Numbered from the stretch's first letter, positions 10,162-19,873 are shown. The stretch is DNA of 64,000 nt from Acidobacteriota bacterium (GCA_016211105.1 JACQSX010000010.1:212913-276912); one strand, 5' to 3'. The notes: a model not told the origin generated them from the letters alone. Translations and numbers: made by a program.

Positions 10162-11997
10162 TCATCGTTGTGCCTCGGCGCCCAGGCGGGATGGATTCCA
10201 GATTTGCTCCGCAAGTTGTCGGTACAATTCGTGCCTGGCGTCAAGATCAGTCTTCAAGAAATCCTTGTGGGGCTGAAAGGGCAATCCCGATGCCTTAGCG
10301 TACTTTGCAAAGCCCGGATTGTGCTTGTAGCAGTTTGGGTGAAGAGATTTAGCGAGAATGTTCTGTCCGAAGTAGTGCTCCAGTTTCTTCTCGTACGTGA
10401 GGTCGCCAAAGCTCGCGTTGAACGTTTTTGGCAGGAGCAGCAGGCCACCGAACCGGTTACGGTACTCGGCAAAGTCGGCAGGATGGTCGAATTCTGCCCT
10501 GTGTCGCGAGAACTTGTCCGCCCAGATATGCTCGACCTCGTATCCGTGTTTACCCTTGCCCGCAATGTAATCCATGAAATGGCTGTCTAGCCCACTCTCC
10601 CGCTCAACGTGATCAACCATGCGGGCGAGCAGTTGCTGGATCGTGTGCCGATTTTGTTGGTGAAGCGCGAACCGATCGTTCGATGCGAAAGTCTCGCCGT
10701 CACTTTCGAGTCGGTCCTTGAGGATCGTCACAAGTTCCCGCGGTGATTTGCCCCTGATGTCACGCATGACTAAGAACATGGAGTACTGAACAGTCGAGTA
10801 TGCGATGCTGCGGAAATTCCAGAGGCGGCGTGCCAGAAGAATATCGACGAAAGCCGCAACGATTCGGAGCTTCTTGTTGATCAGCTCATCGGAATCATCC
10901 GGCTTCAGCGGCGAGAGAAGGAGCGGGTACTGGAGCGTGAAATCGTGCCGTGCGTTATAGAAGATTGTTTCGAGTCCGGTTGTAAGCTGTTGAGACGCCT
11001 GGCGTAGGCGAAGATATTGTGTCGCGTAAAACGCAAAATCGCGGGCGATGAACGTGACGAATTCTGCGCTCTTTTTGAGCCCAAGGTCCTTTTGATGTTC
11101 CCTAACCCATCGATGGAATTCTGTACCGAGACGGTCGAAGTCTCCTGGAAGTGCGCCTTTCTTTCGTTCACGAATCGTCTGGGCGTACTGCGAACGAAGC
11201 CACGTCTTGACGGCGTCAGCATCTTCATCTTTGCCCAAATCGATCAGCGTACCGACCCGCTCCTTCCAGACGGCGTTGGCATCCAACCGCTTTTGCTCGT
11301 CGGTGATGTTCGCCAGAAGGAAGCCCTTGAGCATGTCAGTAGGACTCAAAGACAAGCCGCGGTCGTTCATAGTCTCGAAAATCGTGTAGGCGTCCTCGTC
11401 GGTGTATGCGGTAATCTCGACGAGATGAACATTTTCAATGAGCCAGTCCAGGAAGTACGGGAGAGCTTCACCGACGAGATCGTCGGGGAAATACTGCTGG
11501 ATGTCATGGTAGCGTGCCAGGATATTGCGGACGGATTCCGGCTGGTCCGTGTCGTCAAACGGGTGCCCGGCAAAGAGCGCCTCCATACAAGGGCGCCGTT
11601 CCTCCACGTCGAGGTTGAAGGATTTCTTTGCAAATTTCTCTGAAAAGATGAGTTCGTCGATTGGAACCTTGTCAGTGCGGGTTTTCTGAAGATTGTGCAG
11701 ATGAATCAGCATCAGCGTCAGAGTCGTGAGCCGTTGCTGCCCGTCGATAATGAAGCTGTGCCCGTTCTTGTGGCTGATAATGATCGAGCCCAAAAAGTAA
11801 TGACCGTAATCAGCAACTTCTGACCGCTCGTGACTCGGCCGAAAATCCTGGAGGAATTTACTGGCCAGGTCGTCTATCAGCTCGGTAACTTGTTTGGTTT
11901 GCCATTTGAATTCTCGCTGGTAGTAGTCGATAGCGTACTTTGCGCCCGCCAACAATTTGCGGACTGTTTTCGCTTCCCCGTCGATTTTCTTCATCAC
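10162..11997 (-). CDS. GmrSD-family Type IV restriction endonuclease (DUF262 ParB-like NTPase N-domain + DUF1524 His-Me nuclease C-domain)
   Basis: FIIDGQQRLTTL (the DGQQR motif of DUF262); C-terminal HGYEVEHIWADKFSRH (DUF1524 HNH-like motif). Confidence 0.8.
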   Translation of the reverse strand: MMKKIDGEAKTVRKLLAGAKYAIDYYQREFKWQTKQVTELIDDLASKFLQDFRPSHERSEVADYGHYFLGSIIISHKNGHSFIIDGQQRLTTLTLMLIHLHNLQKTRTDKVPIDELIFSEKFAKKSFNLDVEERRPCMEALFAGHPFDDTDQPESVRNILARYHDIQQYFPDDLVGEALPYFLDWLIENVHLVEITAYTDEDAYTIFETMNDRGLSLSPTDMLKGFLLANITDEQKRLDANAVWKERVGTLIDLGKDEDADAVKTWLRSQYAQTIRERKKGALPGDFDRLGTEFHRWVREHQKDLGLKKSAEFVTFIARDFAFYATQYLRLRQASQQLTTGLETIFYNARHDFTLQYPLLLSPLKPDDSDELINKKLRIVAAFVDILLARRLWNFRSIAYSTVQYSMFLVMRDIRGKSPRELVTILKDRLESDGETFASNDRFALHQQNRHTIQQLLARMVDHVERESGLDSHFMDYIAGKGKHGYEVEHIWADKFSRHRAEFDHPADFAEYRNRFGGLLLLPKTFNASFGDLTYEKKLEHYFGQNILAKSLHPNCYKHNPGFAKYAKASGLPFQPHKDFLKTDLDARHELYRQLAEQIWNPSRLGAEAQR

Positions 11998-12317
11998 TCC
12001 ACCTCAGAAAGCAGGCAGTGTTCCACTTCATTGACGTCGGGCATTAGCTCCGGAATTGACATCGTTTCCATCCACGGCAGCGACTCTCTTGAGATTAATA
12101 AATCTTTCTTGTTCTTATGTTTACAGGCGATTTCCAAAAAGTAAACCTCGCTGCGCCAAGTATACTCCAACTGCTCGGACATGCTCCAGCCAACGCAGAT
12201 GCGCTCCACGACGGCGGAAAGAATTAAATAGAACGATTCCGACCCAGGCACTTCGGGCGTTAAAATGGCTTCTACCAGTGGCGCCGTCCCGCCAAAGACA
12301 AAATGGTTAACAAACAC
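11994..12317 (-). CDS. small hypothetical protein (107 aa) translationally coupled to the GmrSD gene
   Basis: Its stop overlaps the GmrSD start (ATGA); no recognised motif. Confidence 0.35.
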   Translation of the reverse strand: MFVNHFVFGGTAPLVEAILTPEVPGSESFYLILSAVVERICVGWSMSEQLEYTWRSEVYFLEIACKHKNKKDLLISRESLPWMETMSIPELMPDVNEVEHCLLSEVE

Positions 12318-14708
12318 ACGCTTTCACCGGCTCAGTGGACAAGGTTTTGGAACCGCCTCGAAGTTTACGTGCGAAAGCGAGGCCGCATTCTGAAGCACTA
12401 CAATCCGAAGAAGGAGTATCCGGCGCTCAAACAAGTCGGAGTTGGTGTCGAGGAAATCGACCGTGTACGCAAAGCATTCGCGACTTACCATGACGAGCTT
12501 CTTTTCCGAAAGTTTTCCCTCTTCTTCCGCAGAGACCCGCCAACTATTCAGCGCTGGACCGGGGCCGCAGACCCGTCAGCCGCTTTCATCAGACTTTTTC
12601 ATATTTTTCAGCGCAATGAACTCCGCAGGCTCGAAAAGCGGTTTCAGGAGCTTTTTCTCCTCCACAAGCTCAATGAAAAAGGAGAGGGGCGAAAGTATGA
12701 GGCAGCTCACGGCCGCAGCGGTTCGGTTTTAAAGTTCGATCCTGTAAGATTTTCGCGACTTCTGAATAGGCGCGATGAACGGGCCAGCTTCACGGTTCTG
12801 CCCAGGATCCAGTTCGGCGAATGGACCATCCTGCCGCTCTTGAAGAAGGGTTCAGGCAGTCCCGTTTACAAATTCATCAAACTTGACAAGAAGGACCGTA
12901 AGCTCCTGGTTCGAATTTCAGCAGACTCTCCCAAGGAAATCGAACTGATCCGATCCGTGTTGAACAACGCCTTCAGGATCTACCTCGACACGCCCCAGGT
13001 GCATGCCACCTTCGACAGGCTGGCTCAATTTCTCAAAACCGGGGATGCAAGCCATTTCCTACTGACGGGCGGAACATACTTTCACGACGAGTATAGGATT
13101 TCGGTACTGCCGAAATATGGCAGGCCGCAGAACATCGCGAGCTGCAGCTCTTACAGCGGCCGGCTTGCGAACGTCTCAAAACCTGAAGCCGTTTTCACCC
13201 AGATGAGGCTCCTTCACAAGGAAATCCGCGCACGCAGTCAAGTATTCATCGATTTTCGGACTCCGCAGAGCAGCAGCATCATCGGAGCCGTTCTTCTCAA
13301 TCTGAACGATCGCCGCCTCAATTCTGAGGAGCGGGAACGCATCGCTCGGGATTTCCGAAGCGATTTTGAATTGCCGTTAAACGAGTTTATCGAGTACGAG
13401 GACGTGCCCGAGGAAGACGTCTACAAGAAGCTGCTACAGAACATTCCCAAGCAACCAACTGAATTCGAGCTGCGGTCAGAGCGCTCCCTGCGAATTTACC
13501 GAGAATTGGTCAGCGCCGGGCTGCTCCCGTGGAAGGTCCAAACCAACCAGGCGAGATTTTGTACAAAGCAGGATTGCCGGGCCGCCTACCAGACCAAATA
13601 CAACCAGAAGACCTGCCCTGTTTGCGGAGAGAACATGCTCGCGGGCAGAGCCACGGTCGTTGAGGACATTGACGAGAAGAGAGTTGCTGACTTCGCGGCC
13701 ACAATCTGCCAGCAACTCGGTTTTCAGACGACACAATTCAAGCGGCGCCTGCTGACTCGGGACATTTTGGTTGTGGAAATCAGGAATGGAGACGACTTCA
13801 TTGAGCTTGTACCCATCAGCAAAGCGTTAACGGATAATCAGACCGAGATTCTTCGCCTTCGGTACCCCAGCCTGGTACTGTTGACGTCGAGAGACGACGC
13901 TGCGGAGCTCAGGCAAAAGCATTTCGAGACCAGGGAGCTCTCCAATTTTGCGTACTCAGTCCGCAAACCCGGCGCTCAGGCGTACGTCAAGCGGTTGCTC
14001 GCTGACTCCAGAGGCGAAAGGCCCACCCACTTGACGAATCATGCAAGTGGCTGCCGTTTGCGGTTCGTAGATGACTCCGTGTACCTCGAAAAGAACAAGG
14101 CTTCCAAAAACTTTGGCGCAGAGTTGTTTGAGGCCGACTGCTCCGTTTTGCTCAGTTGCATTTTTGGCAATTCCATCTGGCTCGGCGCCCGAAAGAGGGG
14201 AAAGGCGCTGCCTGACGGAGTGACCGCTTTTCCAGTCACGGGAACAAGAAACGGATGTTTCGTGTGGGATGCAAAATTCAGTAGTACCGACAGGGTTGTC
14301 CTCGGGAGCCACGACAAGAATAGAAAATATATCAGCGAAGCGAGAGCCAATGAAACCGTCGCAGCAAATGGCGGCGTCAAAGGATTCCTCTTCGTCGGCA
14401 ACAAGCCGGCACCAAAAACATTTACGGGGCTGTCGCGACAGCTTGTTGGAAACAAAAGAATTAAACTATCCTATTGGGAAATGAAGCACTTGCGGACGCT
14501 GTTTGACCACTTCAGGGCGCACCAGACCGTCATCAACAGCAACAATGACGTCCGGGACGTGTTTGTTGATGCCGTCAAAGAGCTGCTTTTCAAGACGGCC
14601 GGCCGCAAGAGGGCATTCGCGATGACCGACGAGTTTCTCGACGGAGTCATGACGAGGAGCGCTGACGAGTATCAGAGGTTGGCCGGAGCGCGACAACTGC
14701 ACGCTTGA
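12303..14708 (+). CDS. large hypothetical protein (801 aa) with a central zinc ribbon and a C-terminal nuclease-like D...DAK motif; candidate defence gene
   Basis: CTKQDCRAAYQTKYNQKTCPVCGENM (CxxxC...CxxC). C-terminal ELFEADCSVLL...GCFVWDAKF resembles PD-(D/E)xK spacing. Divergent from the GmrSD operon. Confidence 0.55.
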   Translation: MVNKHTLSPAQWTRFWNRLEVYVRKRGRILKHYNPKKEYPALKQVGVGVEEIDRVRKAFATYHDELLFRKFSLFFRRDPPTIQRWTGAADPSAAFIRLFHIFQRNELRRLEKRFQELFLLHKLNEKGEGRKYEAAHGRSGSVLKFDPVRFSRLLNRRDERASFTVLPRIQFGEWTILPLLKKGSGSPVYKFIKLDKKDRKLLVRISADSPKEIELIRSVLNNAFRIYLDTPQVHATFDRLAQFLKTGDASHFLLTGGTYFHDEYRISVLPKYGRPQNIASCSSYSGRLANVSKPEAVFTQMRLLHKEIRARSQVFIDFRTPQSSSIIGAVLLNLNDRRLNSEERERIARDFRSDFELPLNEFIEYEDVPEEDVYKKLLQNIPKQPTEFELRSERSLRIYRELVSAGLLPWKVQTNQARFCTKQDCRAAYQTKYNQKTCPVCGENMLAGRATVVEDIDEKRVADFAATICQQLGFQTTQFKRRLLTRDILVVEIRNGDDFIELVPISKALTDNQTEILRLRYPSLVLLTSRDDAAELRQKHFETRELSNFAYSVRKPGAQAYVKRLLADSRGERPTHLTNHASGCRLRFVDDSVYLEKNKASKNFGAELFEADCSVLLSCIFGNSIWLGARKRGKALPDGVTAFPVTGTRNGCFVWDAKFSSTDRVVLGSHDKNRKYISEARANETVAANGGVKGFLFVGNKPAPKTFTGLSRQLVGNKRIKLSYWEMKHLRTLFDHFRAHQTVINSNNDVRDVFVDAVKELLFKTAGRKRAFAMTDEFLDGVMTRSADEYQRLAGARQLHA

Positions 14709-14721
14709 AAATGGGGTTCAT

Positions 14722-14973
14722 TTGGCCGAGAAAGACAAGCCACAAATTCAGCAGGCGAGAATTCGCCTGGTACTGAAAGACTTGTACCCAGATTACACTA
14801 TCGAGTTCAAAAATGAATTGAGCAATTTCATCACCTTCAGAATTGATGATCCAAACGGTTACCGGCTTGGCACCTCTGGAGAGTACCACTCAAGGGTTAT
14901 CGCCGATTGGTCCGACGAAAAGCTGAACAACGTTATAGAGCAGGTAGTTCTGCAAGAACAACAAAAGGCATAA
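14722..14973 (+). CDS. small hypothetical protein (83 aa), immediately downstream of the 801-aa gene
   Basis: Clean ORF beginning 14 bp after the upstream stop; probably co-transcribed. Confidence 0.35.
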   Translation: MAEKDKPQIQQARIRLVLKDLYPDYTIEFKNELSNFITFRIDDPNGYRLGTSGEYHSRVIADWSDEKLNNVIEQVVLQEQQKA

Positions 14974-15062
14974 ACACGCAGACTGTCAATATGTGGTATA
15001 CTCTACACGCTGACCTACAAGATATGGCACCTACCTTAGTCGGCGGAAGGAAGATTTAAGCA

Positions 15063-15296
15063 ATGGCAAAGAAACCGGTTCACATAGTTCCACGAGATAA
15101 CGGCTGGGCAGTTCGGCGGGAGGGCGCTCAGCGTGATTCTTCACATCACGATACCAAGGCTGATGCCGATAAGGTTGGCCGGCGGACCGCTCAGAGAGAC
15201 CACACCGAGTTGGTCACCCACGGCAAAGACGGGAAGATCCAGGATAAAGACAGCTTTGGGAACGATCCGTTTCCGCCACGGGACACCAAGCATTGA
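15063..15296 (+). CDS. DUF2188 family protein
   Basis: HIVPRDNGWAVRREGAQRDSSHHDTKADA...VTHGKDGKIQDKDSFGNDPFPPRD matches the DUF2188 pattern as I recall it. A TATACT -10-like box and a GGAAGGAAG RBS lie upstream. Confidence 0.7.
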   Translation: MAKKPVHIVPRDNGWAVRREGAQRDSSHHDTKADADKVGRRTAQRDHTELVTHGKDGKIQDKDSFGNDPFPPRDTKH

Positions 15297-15306
15297 CATC
15301 AACGCG

Positions 15307-16230
15307 ATGGAGACGTCCGAGAAAGCTGCAACATCTGACTGGTTTGACCTCGGGGCAAAAGCCCTCCGCCAAACTGTAAAAGATCTGCCAGAACTGTACG
15401 CGTGCCCGCTGTGTCTTCATGGATTCGAACGTGAACAGATCGGCTATTTGACCAGGGAGCATGTTCCCCCAGCCTGCTTTGGGGGAGAAAAACTGATCCT
15501 GACCTGCGGGGAGTGCAACACGAGGGCCCGACATTCAATCGATGCTGAACTCGGCAAATTCATCCATCTCAGGAAGTTTGTTCGCCGAGAAATGGATGAG
15601 ATGAGGCAGTACAAGGTGACGATGAACGGGACAACCGCGAATGTCCTCGTGCGGTTTGGCTCAGACAAATGTGAAGTCGTCGATTTCTCAAACAGAAACA
15701 GCCCAGTCGTGAGCGCCGACCTCAGAAACCACCTCGACATTGCCTCGGCCACGGCCAGCCTGGACTGGGGTTTTAAAATGAGCCCAGTGCAGGATAGATA
15801 TCGAATCGGTTGGCCTGAAGTCAGCCTGCTGCGCGCCGTGTATTTGGCTGCGTTTGCAAAGTTTGGTTACGCCTACATTATGCGACCGGCTCTTGACACG
15901 GTTCGGAAGCAGATCCGACAGCCCGAAAAGAGGCTCATCAAGTATTTCCTGACGCCAGTCGTGGACGCACCCGACGAGACACGAGTCATCGCTTACGTGC
16001 AAAAGCCCGAATGGATGCGCTGCCTCATGGCTCAGATCGGCCAATTTCGCATTTTCCTGCCGTTTTTTGACGAGGAAGCTTCCCTTTACAAGCGCCTGAG
16101 CGAGGCACACAATAACCGCGAGAAAACCAAAGTCAGCGCAACCCTGTTGCCGTGGCCTCGCACTCCCGAGTTTCTTCTCGACTTCCACAAGGCTGCTGTT
16201 GTGCGGCGGCTCCGGCCCAGCGACTCTTAA
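15307..16230 (+). CDS. HNH-endonuclease-like protein (about 307 aa)
   Basis: CPLCLHGFEREQIGYLTREHVPPACFGGEKLILTCGECNTRARH has the CxxC...H...CxxC arrangement of an HNH/His-Me finger. The start is placed at ATG 15307, just after the DUF2188 stop, rather than at the overlapping ORF-track start 15133. Confidence 0.5.
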   Translation: METSEKAATSDWFDLGAKALRQTVKDLPELYACPLCLHGFEREQIGYLTREHVPPACFGGEKLILTCGECNTRARHSIDAELGKFIHLRKFVRREMDEMRQYKVTMNGTTANVLVRFGSDKCEVVDFSNRNSPVVSADLRNHLDIASATASLDWGFKMSPVQDRYRIGWPEVSLLRAVYLAAFAKFGYAYIMRPALDTVRKQIRQPEKRLIKYFLTPVVDAPDETRVIAYVQKPEWMRCLMAQIGQFRIFLPFFDEEASLYKRLSEAHNNREKTKVSATLLPWPRTPEFLLDFHKAAVVRRLRPSDS

Positions 16231-16596
16231 GAAATATTACGACTTGGGCGAATTGAACAACGTCCGTCGCTTTCGGCATCACTAACGAGAGATCTGTTAG
16301 CGGGTTGTTTTGAACATTTCTGCTCGGTGGACAGCACCCCGAAATTCCGAAATTCAGCCCTGTCTGGTCTCTTTGGCACCGCAGCGACGAGTGTTGCGAA
16401 TGAGAAGTCGCCCGGGCGATTTGGCTTCTGCGTCCACACTGGGAATCGCCTTGCCACCCGTCAAAAGATCCGCTATCGTATTGGGCATCAATGGCGCATA
16501 AGTTAATGTAAAATAAGCAAAATAAGCAGATAAGTCGCATACTCCGATTGAGCAGCAGAAACTTTAAATAGTTGTTCTTCAATCAGAGCGCAGAGG

Positions 16597-17595
16597 ATGA
16601 CAACAGTCGACGCGGAGGTAGTGAGTGGGCTTGAGCGGGAAATCGAGGTCGAGACTCTGAGCATGCCATCTACGCACCCTCCGAGATCCTACGCGGCTCA
16701 CAAGACCGGTAGTGGAGTGACGTACTGCGGCTCTGCCGAGAGAGTACTAACGTCGTCAATCGGCAGAAAGCTTAAAGGTAAGGTACAGCTCATTTTTACG
16801 TCTCCGCCGTTCCCGCTGAATCGAAAAAAGAAGTACGGCAACCTGCAGGGGGAAGCCTACGTGAAATGGTTGTCCGCTTTTGCTCCACTTTTCAGGGATC
16901 TCCTGAAAGAGGATGGATCCATAGTAATGGAGCTTGGAAATGCATGGCAACCTGGCGAACCGGTAATGTCTACACTCGCGCTCAAAGCGTTGCTTGCATT
17001 CCTTGAAGAGGGGAAATTTCATCTCTGCCAACAATTCGTCTGTTACAATCCTGCTCGTCTCCCAAGCCCGGCTCAATGGGTAAATGTCGAGCGGATTCGC
17101 GTCAAGGATGCTTACACGCACGTATGGTGGATGGCACCTTCGGAGCGCCCCCAGGCTGACAACAGGCGTGTTCTGAAAGAGTACAGCCCTGCGATGCTGA
17201 AACTTTTATCTTCCAAAAAATACAACTCAGGAAGGCGGCCTTCGGAACACAAGATTGGTTCAAAATCATTTTTTCAGAACAACAACGGCGCGATTCCGTC
17301 CAACGTCCTCACGTTTGCAAACACGAACAGCAATGACCAGTACTCAAATTACTGTCGCCGAAACAATCTCAGACTTCACCCAGCGAGGATGGCAATCGGC
17401 TTGCCTGAGTTTTTCATAAGATTCCTGACCACGCCAAAGAACCTCGTCGTGGACCCATTTGCCGGGAGCAACACTACAGGGGCAGCTGCGGAAAGGCTAA
17501 AGCGCCGCTGGATCGCCATAGAGCCCAACAACGAGTACATTGCCGGCTCTGTGGGACGTTTTCCGGGACAGGAAGTGTATTCCAATGACACCTGA
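16597..17595 (+). CDS. DNA methyltransferase, beta-class N6A/N4C (motif IV before motif I)
   Basis: LIFTSPPFPLN ((S/D)PPF catalytic motif) followed much later by VVDPFAGSNTTG (FxGxG AdoMet motif). Confidence 0.8.
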   Translation: MTTVDAEVVSGLEREIEVETLSMPSTHPPRSYAAHKTGSGVTYCGSAERVLTSSIGRKLKGKVQLIFTSPPFPLNRKKKYGNLQGEAYVKWLSAFAPLFRDLLKEDGSIVMELGNAWQPGEPVMSTLALKALLAFLEEGKFHLCQQFVCYNPARLPSPAQWVNVERIRVKDAYTHVWWMAPSERPQADNRRVLKEYSPAMLKLLSSKKYNSGRRPSEHKIGSKSFFQNNNGAIPSNVLTFANTNSNDQYSNYCRRNNLRLHPARMAIGLPEFFIRFLTTPKNLVVDPFAGSNTTGAAAERLKRRWIAIEPNNEYIAGSVGRFPGQEVYSNDT

Positions 17596-19873
17596 AGAAC
17601 TCTTCGCCCAGCTTGAAGCAGCAACCCAAGTGTCCGAAGTCGAGGCAGCACTCGACACTTTCCTTGGAGTCCACGCAGACAATGTTCGCTGGGTTCCTGT
17701 TGGCCGAGAAAATAATCGCGGAACCATTGAAGCTTCAGCTGACCCCGGGCGGTCCCTTGTAGAGCGGCTCACCAATGGCATTGATGCCGTCCTAGAGGAT
17801 GAACACAAGCTCCACAGTGGCCGACCACTTTGCCGCAGTCCAAAGGAAGCAGCAACCACATGGCTGAATGTCCCAACAGGTGGTCTTAGCGAAATGTCTC
17901 CAACGCAGCGGCGTGCGCTTGCCCAGCGCGTCACAATCAAGTTACTGCCGGGGGATGGCCGAGCTGGCCGCTGCCTTGAAGTCCGCGATTTCGGTATCGG
18001 AATCAAACCAGCAGATATGTCATCCACGATTCTCAGCCTTAATGAGGGCAATAAGCTGCAAAAGCACTATCTGGCAGGAACTTATGGGCAGGGTGGCTCA
18101 AGTACGTTCGCGGTCAGTAAATATACCCTTGTCGCCACAAGGCACGGAGACCATCCCAGCGTTGGATTTACGCTCGTCAAATTCCTTGATCTTCCAGCCG
18201 AAGAGTACAAGACAGGCCACTACGTTTATCTCACCTTTCGAGGCGGGCCTCTTGAGGTCGACCGATCTACGGATGAGTTCCCCGTCGGGACTTCGGTGAA
18301 GCACTTTGGCTACGATCTAAGCTCGTATCCGTCCCCACTGGGACCCAACAGCGTCTACGGCTTGCTCAACCAGGTTCTTTTTGATCCTGTGATGCCCGTG
18401 TGGCTCGATAATCCGGTCAATACCCAGCGTCGCGTCATCAAAGGCTCGCGCAATGCGTTGAACGGCGCCACCGACGAAGGCGACGATAGGCGAGGACCTA
18501 ATCTCTCCCATTCCATGAGGCTGTTCTATGTTTCTCTTGGGGAATTCGGCCGAATCGGAATTGAGTATTGGGTCCTGGAGCAACCGAGTCAGGAAAATAA
18601 GAAACCTGTTGCGGCGTTTGTCAATCCCAACAAGACAACGATTTTCACTCTGAATGGTCAAAATCACGCGGAACTGTCACACACCCTGGTGAAGAAAGAT
18701 GCGGAGTTGCCGTTCCTGACTCAACGCCTCATCTGTCATGTCGATTGTAACTCACTGACGCCCACAGCTAAGAGGGCGCTGTTCGTTTCCAATCGTGAAG
18801 ATGCACGCCGCGGCGTGGTATATGACCTCATCGAGGAGGAACTGATTCGTGTTCTGAAGTCGGATGATGATCTGGCTCGACTAAACAATGAGGCTCGTGA
18901 GCAGAGCATGCGCTCCAGGGACGAGTCTGCTGTACAGCAGATGCGCACAGAAGTGGCACGACTCCTGCGGCTTCAGGGGCTCAATATCAGCGAAGGGATG
19001 GGTTCAGAAGTCGCTCCGCAAGGTCGGGAACCGCATACTCCTACGCATCCTCCACGACCACGTCCAACACCAAGACCTATCGACCTGCACGAGCCCCCGA
19101 CGTACATCCGCCTGGTCTGGAACGAGGACGAGCCTATTACCTTTTATCCAGAGCAAAGACGATATCTCCGAGTCGAAACCGACGCCCACAGCCGTTATCA
19201 CAATCCTGACGATCCAGCCAGATCCGCAATTAACCTCATTGTTACCGGAAATGGCGTGGCAACTCGGGGTTCAACCCCCTTACAAGGCGGGCGACTGAGG
19301 GTAATTTTTGATGCCCTTCAAAATGCCAGCCCCGGCGCCACGGGCATGATTCGAGTTGAACTGACGCGTCAAGGCCTTCCGGCTTTGTCCGACGAAAGAC
19401 CGTTTGACATCCGTGAGCGGCCGCCTGCGCGTCCCGAGGCGAGGCGAATCTCACTGCCACCATTTGAAGTGAGGTCGGTTACCGGCCCCGAGGATGTCCT
19501 ATGGAATACACTTGGCTGGCCGGAGGATACGAACACAGTTGCATCGTCGGCAGTAATGGAGCAGGGCCTGCTAGTCATCTATTTCTCAATGGTCTTTCCA
19601 AAATACGCGGCTCAAAGGGCCAATTTTGAGACACGCGATCCAGCACTTGCGGCCTCATTTGCTGAGCGATACAAGATCTGGCTTGCTGTTCATTCCCTCT
19701 TGCTTTACAGAGACCAGCAGGTTTCAGAACAAACCGAGCAGAGACAGCGCGAGGAAGATCCTGAATTTGAAGAGGCAATTGAGCGTCAGGAAAGATGTCG
19801 GATTGCAACGCTCTCAGCGATGTTCGCCGCCAGGGAGGTTCAGGCACAGTCCACGATGCTCGAATCGGATTAA
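17585..19873 (+). CDS. GHKL-family (HATPase_c/MORC-like) ATPase multidomain protein, translationally coupled to the methyltransferase; candidate restriction or effector partner
   Basis: N-box ERLTNGIDAV, G1 box EVRDFGIGIKPADM, G2 box GTYGQGGSSTF. ATG 17585 overlaps the MTase stop by 11 nt. A Pro-rich linker (PTHPPRPRPTPRP) separates the C-terminal region. Confidence 0.6.
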   Translation: MTPEELFAQLEAATQVSEVEAALDTFLGVHADNVRWVPVGRENNRGTIEASADPGRSLVERLTNGIDAVLEDEHKLHSGRPLCRSPKEAATTWLNVPTGGLSEMSPTQRRALAQRVTIKLLPGDGRAGRCLEVRDFGIGIKPADMSSTILSLNEGNKLQKHYLAGTYGQGGSSTFAVSKYTLVATRHGDHPSVGFTLVKFLDLPAEEYKTGHYVYLTFRGGPLEVDRSTDEFPVGTSVKHFGYDLSSYPSPLGPNSVYGLLNQVLFDPVMPVWLDNPVNTQRRVIKGSRNALNGATDEGDDRRGPNLSHSMRLFYVSLGEFGRIGIEYWVLEQPSQENKKPVAAFVNPNKTTIFTLNGQNHAELSHTLVKKDAELPFLTQRLICHVDCNSLTPTAKRALFVSNREDARRGVVYDLIEEELIRVLKSDDDLARLNNEAREQSMRSRDESAVQQMRTEVARLLRLQGLNISEGMGSEVAPQGREPHTPTHPPRPRPTPRPIDLHEPPTYIRLVWNEDEPITFYPEQRRYLRVETDAHSRYHNPDDPARSAINLIVTGNGVATRGSTPLQGGRLRVIFDALQNASPGATGMIRVELTRQGLPALSDERPFDIRERPPARPEARRISLPPFEVRSVTGPEDVLWNTLGWPEDTNTVASSAVMEQGLLVIYFSMVFPKYAAQRANFETRDPALAASFAERYKIWLAVHSLLLYRDQQVSEQTEQRQREEDPEFEEAIERQERCRIATLSAMFAAREVQAQSTMLESD

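Noticed and set aside
15133-15306. ORF-track start of the HNH-like gene, overlapping DUF2188 in another frame
   Set aside because: The overlap covers nearly the whole DUF2188 gene. ATG 15307 sits immediately after the DUF2188 stop and gives a sensible operon layout.
16133-16582. 149-aa minus-strand ORF in the MTase upstream region
   Set aside because: It lies in the intergenic/promoter region between the HNH-like gene and the MTase, overlapping the HNH 3' end antisense. There is no motif.
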